A DNA stretch of 64,000 bases from a bacterium (GTDB lineage Bacteria; SAR324; NAC60-12). Position numbers and translations under genes: made by a program. Shown in pieces: positions 1 through 10,602 of the stretch (position 1 is its first letter; the number at the start of each line of letters is the position of its first letter). The stretch lies in assembly GCA_965209155.1 (NCBI GenBank), contig OZ242383.1, forward strand, positions 765,236 through 829,235, read 5' to 3'. Below the pieces are notes generated by a model, which was not told where the DNA came from, made no database searches, and worked only from the letters and a program-made list of their open reading frames with translations.

Positions 1-2045
1 TGGAGATCGAAGCCTTTCGTCACCAGTATTGCTTTTTTTTCAAGGACGGTAATCTCACCGCAGGATGGGTAGAAGGAATTCAGAAGAAAAAGCTCGCCAT
101 CATACCTCTGCAAGGGAAAATGCTTTTTCTGCCTCCCCATCGAATCAGTCTCCACTGGCAGGACGACTCGTCCACTGATAAGCAATCAGCCCTCCTGCGA
201 TTGAAATTCTTGATGGAGCAAATCCAGCAAATCGCAAATAATCTGGATTTGGAAGTGATACACGAATTGAGCACTCCCGGAAAGAGTTACTTGCTGGAAG
301 AACTGATTGATGATTTCCTGGACGATCCCGGAGATCGAATGCAGGGAATTGCTTTCTTTTTCGCTTTACAAAACGATCACCGATTTTTCAAGAGAAAAAA
401 AGACCGTTACACGGCACGCACTGCTGAAGAACTGGCAGAGTTGGACCAAAAACTGGCACAGGAACAGAAACAACGAATCTGGGAAGAAAAAGTCCGGCAA
501 TGGATTGTAGATTTGCAATCCGAAACCAGGCATGTAGAGTCTTCGGAGGAGGACATCCGGCGATGCAATAGACATTTCAATGAAGAACAATCGCAATGGC
601 TTCGACAATTGAGATCCATTTTGATTTATGGGAAAAATTCCGGTTACTGGAAATTACTGGCACCCATTTTAAATTTGAGCGTGGAATTCAATGATGCGGA
701 TGAAAAGAAAATATGTACTTTATTACGACAAGCCGGATGCGCGATTTCAAAAAGTCGACTGATTCTGCTGAGAGCATCGGTGAGGGAAGAATTTCCGAAA
801 GAAGTATTGGAAGAGGCGGAACGATTGAGCCACCGTTTCGCTTTGTCGGAAGGTGAAAAATTTGATGAGCATGCTTTGACCTTCTCCATTGATGCGGAAA
901 CCACTAAAGACTATGACGATGCTTTTTCCATTTTGGGATGGACCGACAATCGGGTTGAATTGCTTATCCATGTTACCGATCTGTCCGCCATGATTCAACC
1001 CAAAGACCCTTTGTTCGAAGAAGCGGAATCTCGCGTTTCTTCCGTCTACACGCTCGATCGGGTGTTTCCCATGTTTCCACCTTCACTTTCGGAGCATTGT
1101 TTTTCTCTTAAAGCGAAAAACGTACGCCGTACAATGAGTTTTCATTTCGATTTGTACGGCAATGGAGAACGGAATTTCAGGGGAATTTATTTCGACAAGA
1201 TCCAAGTAGCGAAAAATCTCACTTATGAGCAAGCAGACCATGCCATTGAACGGCAGCAAGGATTTTGGAAGGCCCTTTCCGATTGTTGCCAGGCATTGCG
1301 TCGGGTGCGAATGGAACAAGGAGCACTCGATTTCGTCCGTAATGAAGTGAAGATGGACATCCGCATTCCGGAACGAATTCAAATCATCCCAATTGATCGA
1401 AATACCCCCGCCCATCATATAGTTGAAGAAATGGCAATATTGGTCAATCGGGAAGTTGGATATTTTCATCAAAGAAACCAGTGCCCTGCTATCTATCGCG
1501 TGCAAGGTCCATATGAAAGGATAGAGACCTTGAAGGAAGGTGAATCGTTGACGCCTCGTCATTTTATTATTGAACCTGTCCGCCTTTCCATTCATCCGGA
1601 AAGGCATTCGGGATTAGGATGTGATTTTTATATTCAAGCCACTTCGCCTATCCGGCGATTTTCTGATTTGGTCACACAATACCAACTCGCTCAATTTCTT
1701 CAGCATCATCACATTGTTTTCCAGGAGGAACAATTGATGGGTTGGGCCGAACAAATCCAAAGCACGCAAAAATCTTATAATCAGGCCGAACGAGCGATTG
1801 AAGATCATTGGAAATTTAAATATCTGGAGCAAAATTCAGGCGCAATCCATATTGCCAGCATCAAACGACATCTTCGTGACGGCAGGACGGAAGTGGATTT
1901 TGATGAAATTCAATTGACGGCCTGCGTCTCCAGTCTGTCTCAACACGAAGCAGGCGATACGGTATTCTTGAAAATAGAAAACGTAAACGTTGAACGACAA
2001 TTTATCGCCGTCTCCCTTCATTCCCTACAAGCAGGCGTGGAATAG
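1..2045 (+). CDS. RNB-domain 3'-5' exoribonuclease (RNase II/R family), 5' end outside window
   Basis: ORF 120..2045. The same frame stays open back to nt 3, so the N-terminus is probably off-window. RNB catalytic signature YIQATSPIRRFSDLVTQYQL. Confidence 0.8.
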   Translation, partial: EIEAFRHQYCFFFKDGNLTAGWVEGIQKKKLAIIPLQGKMLFLPPHRISLHWQDDSSTDKQSALLRLKFLMEQIQQIANNLDLEVIHELSTPGKSYLLEELIDDFLDDPGDRMQGIAFFFALQNDHRFFKRKKDRYTARTAEELAELDQKLAQEQKQRIWEEKVRQWIVDLQSETRHVESSEEDIRRCNRHFNEEQSQWLRQLRSILIYGKNSGYWKLLAPILNLSVEFNDADEKKICTLLRQAGCAISKSRLILLRASVREEFPKEVLEEAERLSHRFALSEGEKFDEHALTFSIDAETTKDYDDAFSILGWTDNRVELLIHVTDLSAMIQPKDPLFEEAESRVSSVYTLDRVFPMFPPSLSEHCFSLKAKNVRRTMSFHFDLYGNGERNFRGIYFDKIQVAKNLTYEQADHAIERQQGFWKALSDCCQALRRVRMEQGALDFVRNEVKMDIRIPERIQIIPIDRNTPAHHIVEEMAILVNREVGYFHQRNQCPAIYRVQGPYERIETLKEGESLTPRHFIIEPVRLSIHPERHSGLGCDFYIQATSPIRRFSDLVTQYQLAQFLQHHHIVFQEEQLMGWAEQIQSTQKSYNQAERAIEDHWKFKYLEQNSGAIHIASIKRHLRDGRTEVDFDEIQLTACVSSLSQHEAGDTVFLKIENVNVERQFIAVSLHSLQAGVE

Positions 2046-2188
2046 AGCACAATTTATATCGATATCGAAATCCGGTCTATCGAGTTATAAAAAACTTGAG
2101 AAGACCAGAATGATCCTGTAAAAATGATAGTTTTACTTATGCTTATTCAGAAAGAGGAGACACTTTCTTTTGAAGCGAGGGATTGATC

Positions 2189-2323
2189 ATGAAACGTACG
2201 TTTCAACCGAATAACAGACGAAGAAAAAGAAAACATGGATTCCGAGCGCGTATGGCGACCCGGCAAGGACGTGCAATCATCAATCGTCGAAGGGCAAAAG
2301 GACGGAAACGACTAGCAGCTTAA
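2189..2323 (+). CDS. rpmH: 50S ribosomal protein L34
   Basis: 44-aa ORF below the ORF-track cutoff: [44 protein letters not shown]. Its stop overlaps the rnpA start (TAATG). Confidence 0.95.
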   Translation: MKRTFQPNNRRRKRKHGFRARMATRQGRAIINRRRAKGRKRLAA

Positions 2324-2706
2324 TGCGGTGTTATACCTTTCCAAAAAGGAAAAGGCTGAGCAGTAAGAAAGATATCGATCGTGTCTTTAACAAGGGATTT
2401 TTTTTAAGCGCAGGACTGATTCGCGTGAAATATGTTTCATCAGCAGTAAGGCACAATCGATTTTTAATATCAGTGAGCAGGAAAGCAGGTCATTCTCCAC
2501 AACGCAATCGAATCAAGCGATTGATTCGCGAAGCAGTCCGCTTGCACAATTCAAAGCTCAAAAGCAACTACGACGTTTGTCTGTTCGTCACCAAGGCTCC
2601 TCGAATTGCGCTCACTTTTTCTTATGTAGAGGACAAGATTGTCCAAATTTTTACTGAATTGAACCAGCAATCCGAAAGAGCGTCGGACAGTTGCTCGAAA
2701 GTTTGA
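2323..2706 (+). CDS. rnpA: Ribonuclease P protein component
   Basis: Basic 127-aa protein (FPKRKRLSSKKDIDRVF..., RNRIKRLIREA) in the conserved rpmH-rnpA-yidD-yidC order. Confidence 0.9.
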   Translation: MRCYTFPKRKRLSSKKDIDRVFNKGFFLSAGLIRVKYVSSAVRHNRFLISVSRKAGHSPQRNRIKRLIREAVRLHNSKLKSNYDVCLFVTKAPRIALTFSYVEDKIVQIFTELNQQSERASDSCSKV

Positions 2707-2819
2707 AAATGCCATTGCATGAACAGCAATTGTTCCGGACACTGATCATCCATAATTGTATCAATATTTCAACCTGCCATAGCACCGGGCAGGAGAATCA
2801 TTGAATACTTTGGGTTCTT

Positions 2820-3113
2820 ATGCGCAAAATAATTTTTATTTTGATACGTGGTTATCAACGATTCGTGTCTCCATTACTTCCCCCCTCTTGTAGATTTTAT
2901 CCCAGCTGTTCTCAGTATGCCTTGGAAGCGTACCAGCGCTTTGGGTTCCTGCAAGCAACTCAATTGACACTGTTCCGCTTATTAAAATGCCACCCTCTTC
3001 ACGAAGGTGGATTTGATTCGGTTCCATCTGAACCTCCTGGTTTTCTGTGGTGGAGACGGTCCGTCGATTCGACTGAGTCGTACATGGTTGATTCCAATGA
3101 TATAAGAAAATGA
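2820..3113 (+). CDS. yidD: Membrane protein insertion efficiency factor YidD
   Basis: YQRFVSPLLPPSCRFYPSCSQYALEAYQRFG...LKCHPLHEGGFD motif. Overlaps the yidC start. Confidence 0.9.
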   Translation: MRKIIFILIRGYQRFVSPLLPPSCRFYPSCSQYALEAYQRFGFLQATQLTLFRLLKCHPLHEGGFDSVPSEPPGFLWWRRSVDSTESYMVDSNDIRK

Positions 3114-4858
3114 TGGACCAAAAAACATTTCTCGCAATCGGTATTTCGATACTTATAATCGTATTCTGGTCGTGGCTCTTTCCACCGCCCCCTCCCGGGG
3201 AGCAGCCTCTTCCAGAAGATACAGTCGTCTCTGGCGAAGATAAAATTTATTCTACGCGCTCCTCACGTCTGGACATCGGGGCATCGTTGTCTTCCGATAC
3301 TCTCCAATCCCACCCTGTGAGTGAGGACATAACGGAAACGGCGAAAGAAATTCTGATCGAGACCGATTACTATCGAGCAGTGATTGACACCAGAGGGGGA
3401 ATTCTCAAAAGCCTGCTGTTGAAGAAACATCAACATTTCAAATCCAGAATCACTCTGGGTAAATGGATTCCCTTCCTGGCCGGTATTTTGGGAAGCGGCA
3501 CACCGCAGGTAACAACAGAGGAAAATTTGGTGCAAATGATCAAGAGCGATTTCGTCAGCCTCGTACAAACTCTCCAAATTCGCTTTGATGGAGATGAACA
3601 ACTCTCACAAATCTTCAAAGATGCGGTTTATTCCAGCACGCTCGATGAGATTCAGATTGATGTGGGTGACGCATCACAGACTTTGGTCCTCCGTTCCCCG
3701 ATACGGGATGGGATCCAAATTATTAAAACTATCCGATTTCATGCCACGAACTACGTGATTGATTATCAAGTGAACGTGATTAATCGCGATGAAGACGCAA
3801 TTCGTCCTTTGCAGATTCAACACATCTTTGGAGAAGGACACGTTTTTGAACAAGGGATGGGGCAAGTCAATGCGCATGTCGGTCCCGTTTATGTTTACAA
3901 CGGGGAACTTGAAACACTCGATGCAAATGATTTGGAGACTGAACCGGGGCGAATTGCTCAAATGGAATGGCTGGGAATCGAGGATTCCTATTTCATTACT
4001 GCAGTCGCGGCTTTGAGTGACGTCCATCAGGGATTTTTTGAAGTCATTCCCTTCAATGGTGAAGAAGGGAGAGAACTGAAACCGGTTTTTGGAGTGAATT
4101 TACCCCCTGTTGATTTGAATCCCGAAAAGCAGGTTCAATCGAATTTTCAAATGTACTTTGGTCCCAAAGGTGAAAATGAAATGCTCAAATTTGGTCATAA
4201 TCTCTTTCTTTCTCATGATATGACGCTGGAGGTGCTGGCCAAACCCCTTTTGAAAATTTTAATATGGATCCATTCCTATGTGGGCAACTATGGCATCTCG
4301 ATCATCTTGTTGACGGTTCTGGTGCGAGTGGTGCTTTTTCCCCTTACCTACAAAGGATCAAAGTCCATGAAACGCATGCAACAGCTTCAACCAAAAATGT
4401 TGAAGATTCGTGAAAAATTTAAAGATAAAAAGCAGAAACTGAATGCGGAGATGATGGCGCTTTATCGCAAAAATAAAGTCAATCCCTTGGGGGGCTGTTT
4501 GCCCATTCTCTTACAACTACCCATTTTCTTTGCCCTGTATAGCGCTTTATCCACTGCAGTAGAATTGAGACACGAACCTTTTTTTGCCTGGATTGTCGAT
4601 CTTTCCGTCCCGGATGGTTTGGGAATCACTCCCCTTCTTATGGGAATCAGCATGTATTTGATTCAGAAAATGACGCCGACCGGCATGATGGATCCAACTC
4701 AGGTAAAAATCATGAGCATGCTGCCCATCATATTTACTGTTTTTACCTTCGCCTTTCCCACGGGATTGACCCTGTATTGGGTGACGAGCAACATTTTGTC
4801 AATCGGACAACAATATGTGATCAACCGCATCAAGCTGCCTGATCTCGTCGAGGAATGA
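3110..4858 (+). CDS. yidC: Membrane protein insertase YidC
   Basis: N-terminal TM helix, large periplasmic domain, and a C-terminal 60-kDa insertase core (GISIILLTVLVRVVLFPL, NPLGGCLPILLQLPIFFALY, GLTLYWVTSNILSIGQQ). Confidence 0.95.
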   Translation: MMDQKTFLAIGISILIIVFWSWLFPPPPPGEQPLPEDTVVSGEDKIYSTRSSRLDIGASLSSDTLQSHPVSEDITETAKEILIETDYYRAVIDTRGGILKSLLLKKHQHFKSRITLGKWIPFLAGILGSGTPQVTTEENLVQMIKSDFVSLVQTLQIRFDGDEQLSQIFKDAVYSSTLDEIQIDVGDASQTLVLRSPIRDGIQIIKTIRFHATNYVIDYQVNVINRDEDAIRPLQIQHIFGEGHVFEQGMGQVNAHVGPVYVYNGELETLDANDLETEPGRIAQMEWLGIEDSYFITAVAALSDVHQGFFEVIPFNGEEGRELKPVFGVNLPPVDLNPEKQVQSNFQMYFGPKGENEMLKFGHNLFLSHDMTLEVLAKPLLKILIWIHSYVGNYGISIILLTVLVRVVLFPLTYKGSKSMKRMQQLQPKMLKIREKFKDKKQKLNAEMMALYRKNKVNPLGGCLPILLQLPIFFALYSALSTAVELRHEPFFAWIVDLSVPDGLGITPLLMGISMYLIQKMTPTGMMDPTQVKIMSMLPIIFTVFTFAFPTGLTLYWVTSNILSIGQQYVINRIKLPDLVEE

Positions 4859-4885
4859 AATCCGTGGTCCGGAAGACCGCATCGC

Positions 4886-5449
4886 TTATTTTTGATTGTG
4901 AACCAGGGCCATGAATTCGGCACGAACGGTTCCATGGCTGAGAAAACAACCCAACAACGTGCTGGTCGTCATCAACCCTTCGTGCTTCACACCTCGCATT
5001 TCCATACACAAATGGGAGGCTTTGATAATTACCCCAACACCCTGAGGTTGCAGCATTTTCTCCAGATACGTGGCTATCTCGCTGGTGAGGTGCTCCTGAA
5101 CCTGTGGCTTTCTTGCAAAAAAATCCACTGTCCGGGAAAGCTTGGAAAGTCCGCACAACTTCTTGTTGGGAATATAGGCCACCGTTGCTTCACCAATAAA
5201 AGGCAGAAGATGGTGAGCGCAAAGTGACTGGACCGGAATGTGTTGCAAGATGATCATCCCGGGTTGATCATCCTCTGTCATGGGAAACGTCGTCAAGTGG
5301 AAAGACTCTCTCCCCAATCCAACGCATAACTCCTCGGTCCAGGCTTTGGCAATGCGTTCCGGACTTTTCTTCAAATGTGGACTGTCCAGGTTCATTCCCA
5401 ACCCTTCCAAAACGAGAGTAAAACCTTCCTTTACTTTTTCATATTCCAT
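4886..5449 (-). CDS. folE: GTP cyclohydrolase I
   Basis: SLCAHHLLPFIGEATVAYIP, GLSKLSRTVDFFARKPQVQEHLT, HLCMEMRGV. Start placed at the internal MEYEKV (AAGGTGA 6 nt upstream), which aligns with the N-termini of ~190-aa FolE proteins. The ORF-track start at 5578 adds 43 non-homologous residues. Confidence 0.9.
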   Translation of the reverse strand: MEYEKVKEGFTLVLEGLGMNLDSPHLKKSPERIAKAWTEELCVGLGRESFHLTTFPMTEDDQPGMIILQHIPVQSLCAHHLLPFIGEATVAYIPNKKLCGLSKLSRTVDFFARKPQVQEHLTSEIATYLEKMLQPQGVGVIIKASHLCMEMRGVKHEGLMTTSTLLGCFLSHGTVRAEFMALVHNQK

Positions 5450-5561
5450 CGTCACCTTTAAAAAAAGATCGTGGCTTCGTTCCATCCAGTCGCTGGCGTG
5501 CGTTGGTGGATGCTTGCATTTGGGATTGTCGACGTTGCGCGCATTTCTTGGACTGCAATCT

Positions 5562-6278
5562 TCACATGCGACGGCCAAACCAAATCACTTGTCCTACCAC
5601 GTTTAGATTTTCCAATGATTCTTCGTTGATTATTTGATCTTTGTAGGCAGGATTGTCGCTGTGGACCAACAAGGATCCGTCGTACATCCACTGCAGTCTT
5701 TTGGCGGTCAATAAATCATCCCACCTCAAAATGTAGATGAAATCTTTTTTCACTCGTGTTTGACAAAGGTCGATCAAGAGCAAATCCCTGTTTCTGATGG
5801 TGGGTTCCATGGAATCTCCATCTGCCGTAACGAGGGCCAGGTTGGGTGATTCCGCTCTCAAGTTATTGCGCACCCACTCTTTTTTAAAAGCGAGATAATC
5901 CACCACCTGTTCGCTATTGATAATGGCTCCATAGCCGGCACTGGCTTGTACGTCAAAGTGAGGAACCATAATGAATTCTTCGGCTATCCGTGAGGCCGAA
6001 GCCGCCCTTTGGAATTCTGATTCGTTGTTACCACCTTCCGTTTCATAACGGGCGGAACCGTTTAAAAATGGTAGACCATCACCCGTTAAAAGCCAGTTGG
6101 CGTTGATACCGTATTTTAAGTTTAAGGCTAACAAGTAATCAAAGGTCGGTTTCCCTCTCCCTTTACAAATATCCGTGATTTGCGCAGGAGTTTTTCCTGT
6201 CCTTTTAGCAAATTTTATCTTGCTGCCTTCAGTATTTTCAATAACGAATTCAAAGCGTTTGGGAAAATCTTTTTGCAT
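5562..6278 (-). CDS. XRE-HTH / S24 peptidase repressor (phage CI / LexA-like autocleaving type)
   Basis: N-terminal HTH (FAKRTGKTPAQITDICKGRGKPTFDYLL). C-terminal S24 Ser/Lys dyad context (ADGDSMEPTI ... LTAKRLQ). Confidence 0.8.
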   Translation of the reverse strand: MQKDFPKRFEFVIENTEGSKIKFAKRTGKTPAQITDICKGRGKPTFDYLLALNLKYGINANWLLTGDGLPFLNGSARYETEGGNNESEFQRAASASRIAEEFIMVPHFDVQASAGYGAIINSEQVVDYLAFKKEWVRNNLRAESPNLALVTADGDSMEPTIRNRDLLLIDLCQTRVKKDFIYILRWDDLLTAKRLQWMYDGSLLVHSDNPAYKDQIINEESLENLNVVGQVIWFGRRM

Positions 6279-6576
6279 TTTTCGTCTCGATTCGGGTTTG
6301 ATCCACTCTCTTGCTTAAATAATTTATTTATAAATTTTAAACTAAACGAGAAGCTCGATGCAAGTAAAAAACGAAATAATTTGATTTCGTGCTGGCAAGT
6401 GATCGGTTTCCAGGTAGAATATTCCGGGAGATCATTTTAAAATGAAAGAAAGTGAGGATCAACATGATTCGGATTGCCGATGCCATATCGCAGTCGATCC
6501 GGCGGGATGGGCAATCCCATGTTTAGAGAGAAATGGAGTCTTAAACTCTCGAGTGGAATAAAAGTAAAGGAATACT

Positions 6577-8391
6577 ATGAATCATCAAGCAGCAAACGCG
6601 GTTTATGACGAAAGCAAAGTCAAAACACTCTCGTCATTGGAGCATATTCGACATCGTCCGGGGATGTACATTGGTCGTCTCGGCGATGGAGCCCATCCAA
6701 ATGACGGGATTTATGTGCTCCTCAAAGAAATAGTGGACAATACCATCGATGAACACATCATGGGTTATGGTAAAAACGTCCACGTTTTCATTGAAAACAA
6801 ACGAATCCGGGTCCGTGATTTTGGGCGAGGCATTCCCTTGGGAAAAGTGGTGGAATGTGTTTCCGTCATCAACACAGGCGCAAAATACAACGACGAGGTT
6901 TTCCAATTCAGTATCGGATTGAATGGTGTAGGAACGAAGGCTGTTAATGCGCTCGCGCGGATTTTTAAAATTACTTCCTTTCGGGGAGGGGAGAAGGTGG
7001 AAGCGACCTTTCAACAAGGTAAAATCGATCTCCCGGCCCGAAAAAATCAGACTGAGCACCCCGATGGTACACTGGTAGAATTTGAACCGGATGAAGAAAT
7101 TTTCCCCAATTATTCTATCCAGTATGATTATATCAAGCGCTTGCTGAAAAATTATTCCTACCTGAACAGCAACCTGACCCTGCACTTGAATCGAGAAAAA
7201 TTCCGAGCCAAACGAGGATTACTCGATTTGCTCACCGAGGAAGTGGAAGACAGTTGTTTATACGAGATTATTCATCACAAGGAAGAAAAAATTGAATACG
7301 CTCTCACGCATACCAATGACTACGGTGAAAATTATTTCAGCTATGTCAATGGACACTATACCGGTGATGGTGGCACTCATTTGAGTTCTTTCCGAGAAGG
7401 CATTTTAAAAGCCATCAACGAATTCTTCAAAACCAGCTTCCAAGGACCGGATGTACGAGACGGTATTGTCGGAGCCGTGTCTGTCCGTATCAAAGAACCG
7501 GTTTTTGAATCACAAACCAAAAACAGGCTCGGCAATACGGATATTCGAGGGTGGATCATCGCCAGTATTAAAAAATCACTGGTGGATTACCTTTACAAAA
7601 ATCCCGAAGTTGCCGAGAATCTGCGTAATAAGGCGCAATTCAATGAAAGACTGCGCAAAGAACTCATGCATGTCAAAAAAGCGGTAAGGGAGCGTGCAAA
7701 AAAAACTGCCATGGTGATCCCGAAGTTAAAAGACTGCAAATACTTGCTGGGAAGTAAAGATCCTCGGGGAGAGGAGAGTATGATTTTTCTCACAGAAGGA
7801 GATTCTGCCGGAGGGAGCCTGATCAATTGTCGGGATGTTTTGACACAGGCTGTATTCTGTTTGCGGGGCAAACCTCTGAACTGCTGGAATCAAGGTCGCG
7901 AAGCAATCTATAAAAATGAAGAATTATACAATGTCACCAAAGCCCTGGGCATTGAAGAATCGATCAGTGGCTTGCGTTACAACAAAGTCATCATCGCGAC
8001 GGATGCCGATGTCGATGGATTCCATATCCGAAATTTATTGCTCACATTTTTCCTCCATTATTTTGAAGGATTGGTACTCGATGGTCATGTTTATATTTTG
8101 GAAACTCCCTTGTTCCGTGTAAGAAACTTGAAAAAGACCCAATATTGCTACTCTGACCAGGAAAAGAAAAAAGCGATCGAAAAATTGAAAAACGGCAAAC
8201 AGTTGGAAGTGACCCGCTTCAAAGGGCTTGGAGAAATATCCCCTCATGAATTCGGCCAATTCATCGGACCGGACATGCGCTTGATACAAGTGGGAGTGGA
8301 ACATATCCACGATGTTGGGCAATTATTGAGTTTTTACATGGGAAAAAACACGGAAGAGCGCAAGCATTACATTATGGAAAATCTGATTTAA
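6577..8391 (+). CDS. Type IIA DNA topoisomerase subunit B (short, ParE-like)
   Basis: GHKL ATPase motifs LLKEIVDNTIDE and GLNGVG. Toprim motifs LTEGDSAGG and ATDADVDGFHI. At 604 aa it lacks the GyrB insertion. The topo IV versus gyrase call is tentative. Confidence 0.9.
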   Translation: MNHQAANAVYDESKVKTLSSLEHIRHRPGMYIGRLGDGAHPNDGIYVLLKEIVDNTIDEHIMGYGKNVHVFIENKRIRVRDFGRGIPLGKVVECVSVINTGAKYNDEVFQFSIGLNGVGTKAVNALARIFKITSFRGGEKVEATFQQGKIDLPARKNQTEHPDGTLVEFEPDEEIFPNYSIQYDYIKRLLKNYSYLNSNLTLHLNREKFRAKRGLLDLLTEEVEDSCLYEIIHHKEEKIEYALTHTNDYGENYFSYVNGHYTGDGGTHLSSFREGILKAINEFFKTSFQGPDVRDGIVGAVSVRIKEPVFESQTKNRLGNTDIRGWIIASIKKSLVDYLYKNPEVAENLRNKAQFNERLRKELMHVKKAVRERAKKTAMVIPKLKDCKYLLGSKDPRGEESMIFLTEGDSAGGSLINCRDVLTQAVFCLRGKPLNCWNQGREAIYKNEELYNVTKALGIEESISGLRYNKVIIATDADVDGFHIRNLLLTFFLHYFEGLVLDGHVYILETPLFRVRNLKKTQYCYSDQEKKKAIEKLKNGKQLEVTRFKGLGEISPHEFGQFIGPDMRLIQVGVEHIHDVGQLLSFYMGKNTEERKHYIMENLI

Positions 8392-8402
8392 GAACACCAG
8401 GT

Positions 8403-10364
8403 ATGCAATATTTGAAACCGCTGATTGAAAAAAATTTTCTGGAATACGCTTCTTATGTGATCAAAGATCGCGCCATTCCACATGGCGAAGATGGATTGAA
8501 ACCCGTCCAACGCCGTATTCTTCATACCATGATGAAGATGGACGACGGCAAATTCAACAAAGTGGCCAACATCATCGGTGATACCATGAAACTGCATCCA
8601 CATGGAGACGCCTCCATCAGCGCAGCCTTGGTGGTGATGGCAAACAAGGAATACTTCGTCGAAAGGCAGGGAAATTTTGGCAATATCTTCACCGGAGATC
8701 CTGCCTCGGCAGCACGATATATCGAAGCCCGCTTAACGCCTCTTGCCAAAGAAGTGCTTTTTCATCCTGAATTGACGGATATGGAAGACAGCTATGATGG
8801 CCGGAACCGGGAACCGGTGGCACTGCCTTGTAAAATTCCCAATACCTTGCTCTTGGGTGCAGAAGGGATTGCCGTAGGAATGGCTACTTCAATCTTACCG
8901 CATAATTTCAATGAGGTGCTGAAAGCGCAAATCGCGTTCTTAAAAAATGAACCGTTTGCGTTATTTCCTGATTTTTTGACGGGGGGGGTAATGGACGTCA
9001 GTCAATATCAGGATGGCAATGGCAAAGTCAGAGTTCGCGCAAGCATCGAGGTGATGGATGAAAAAACGGTGCTCATTCGAGATATCCCTTATGGCATGAC
9101 CACGGAATCCCTCATTGCATCAGTCCAGGAAGCCGCTACCAAGGGGAAGTTGAAAATATCTTCGATCAATGACTATACCTCCCAAAAACCGGCGATTGAA
9201 ATCAAAGCAGCACGCGGGATCAAAGCAGAAAGTCTCTTGAAACCTCTTTACGCCTTCACCCATTGTGAAGTTTCCATATCGGTTAATTTCCTGGTGATTT
9301 TGGAGCACAATCCCGTACAAATGAGTGTCACTTCGTTATTAGAGCGCAACACCAAAAGATTGTTGAGTCTACTGGAAAAAGAATTGCGCTTGGAACTGAA
9401 TAAATCCGAGGAGAAATGGCATGCGAAGCAATTGGCGATACTCTTCATCGAACACAAGCTTTACCAACTCATCGAATCATGTGAGAGTTATGAGGCCGCT
9501 GTCACTCGAGTCGGTGAAGCATTGATCCCATTTGAGAAAAATTTCCGACAAACACTCAGAGAGGAGGATGTAGAAAAACTCTTGAATATCCCCATCAAAC
9601 GGATTTCAAAATTTGATTTGCAGCGGGATCAAAAAGAGTTGAAAGTCCTGGAAAAAGAAATTCGTCGTATTCGACGTACCCTCGAGGATATTCCGCAATA
9701 CGCCATCAAGTATCTCGATACGCTGCTGCAGAAGTATGGCTCTCGATTTCCCCGTTGTACGAAAATCGCATCCTTTGAAGAAATCAATCTGAAGGAGTTG
9801 GCGCTGACCAACCAAAAGGTAGGATGGCAATCCGACCAAGGGTATTTGGGATCCGAGATCAAAAGTGACATTCAATTCGTATGTTCTGATTATGACCGTT
9901 TGGTCGTTTTTCAAAATGACGGTACCTACCGCGTCATTCGAGTTCCGGAAAAATTATTCATCGGCACCAATGTCTGTCTGGTAGCAAAAGTAAACTCCGG
10001 AGAAATTTTCAATTTGATTTATTTTGTCGATTCCACAAAAGTTTGCTATGTCAAGCGATTTGTCGTAAAAGGTTTTATATTGGACAAAGATTACGAACTT
10101 TTTCCTAAAAAAAACGGTGCCAAAATCGCCTATCTTGCCCCGGGAAAAGAAAACGCGGTACAAATCCAATTTGTTCCTGCTCCCCGTTTGAAAATCCTCA
10201 AGGAAGAACTTTATTTTGCAAAGCTGAGCGTCAAGGGAATTGGAGCGAGGGGAAATCGAATTTCCGCAAAACCAGTACGAAGAATCAAACCGTTGCGGCA
10301 GCACAAGAAACGGCACGAAGATTCCGGTATTCTACAACTGGACTTGATGAAAGACCAATCCTGA
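8403..10364 (+). CDS. Type IIA DNA topoisomerase subunit A (short, ParC-like)
   Basis: DGLKPVQRRILH, and the catalytic Tyr context AARYIEARL. At 653 aa it has a reduced C-terminal domain. Starts 12 nt after the subunit B gene. Confidence 0.9.
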   Translation: MQYLKPLIEKNFLEYASYVIKDRAIPHGEDGLKPVQRRILHTMMKMDDGKFNKVANIIGDTMKLHPHGDASISAALVVMANKEYFVERQGNFGNIFTGDPASAARYIEARLTPLAKEVLFHPELTDMEDSYDGRNREPVALPCKIPNTLLLGAEGIAVGMATSILPHNFNEVLKAQIAFLKNEPFALFPDFLTGGVMDVSQYQDGNGKVRVRASIEVMDEKTVLIRDIPYGMTTESLIASVQEAATKGKLKISSINDYTSQKPAIEIKAARGIKAESLLKPLYAFTHCEVSISVNFLVILEHNPVQMSVTSLLERNTKRLLSLLEKELRLELNKSEEKWHAKQLAILFIEHKLYQLIESCESYEAAVTRVGEALIPFEKNFRQTLREEDVEKLLNIPIKRISKFDLQRDQKELKVLEKEIRRIRRTLEDIPQYAIKYLDTLLQKYGSRFPRCTKIASFEEINLKELALTNQKVGWQSDQGYLGSEIKSDIQFVCSDYDRLVVFQNDGTYRVIRVPEKLFIGTNVCLVAKVNSGEIFNLIYFVDSTKVCYVKRFVVKGFILDKDYELFPKKNGAKIAYLAPGKENAVQIQFVPAPRLKILKEELYFAKLSVKGIGARGNRISAKPVRRIKPLRQHKKRHEDSGILQLDLMKDQS

Positions 10365-10602
10365 AGAGGTTTCTATGGAAATCCAGGCATAAATCTTGGA
10401 GATCTTTGATCGGTAGCCCCATTTGCCTCCAACGAAAAAATTCTGAATCTCGCTGATTTAGTTTCCAACGTCCCTTGTATGACTCCGTTGAGCGCATGGA
10501 GAGATCCGCCAGTGACAGACCTTGATTTGAAGTCCATCTCGAGAAACGTCCGCATTGATAGGGACGCTGGTATTTTCTAAAAACCTTGCAAAGCGGCAGC
10601 TT

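Noticed and set aside
5450-5578. Longer folE start giving a 230-aa protein.
   Set aside because: The extra 43 residues (MAVACEDCSPRNARN...) have no FolE homology and overlap the end of the upstream repressor gene. A good RBS precedes the internal ATG at 5449.
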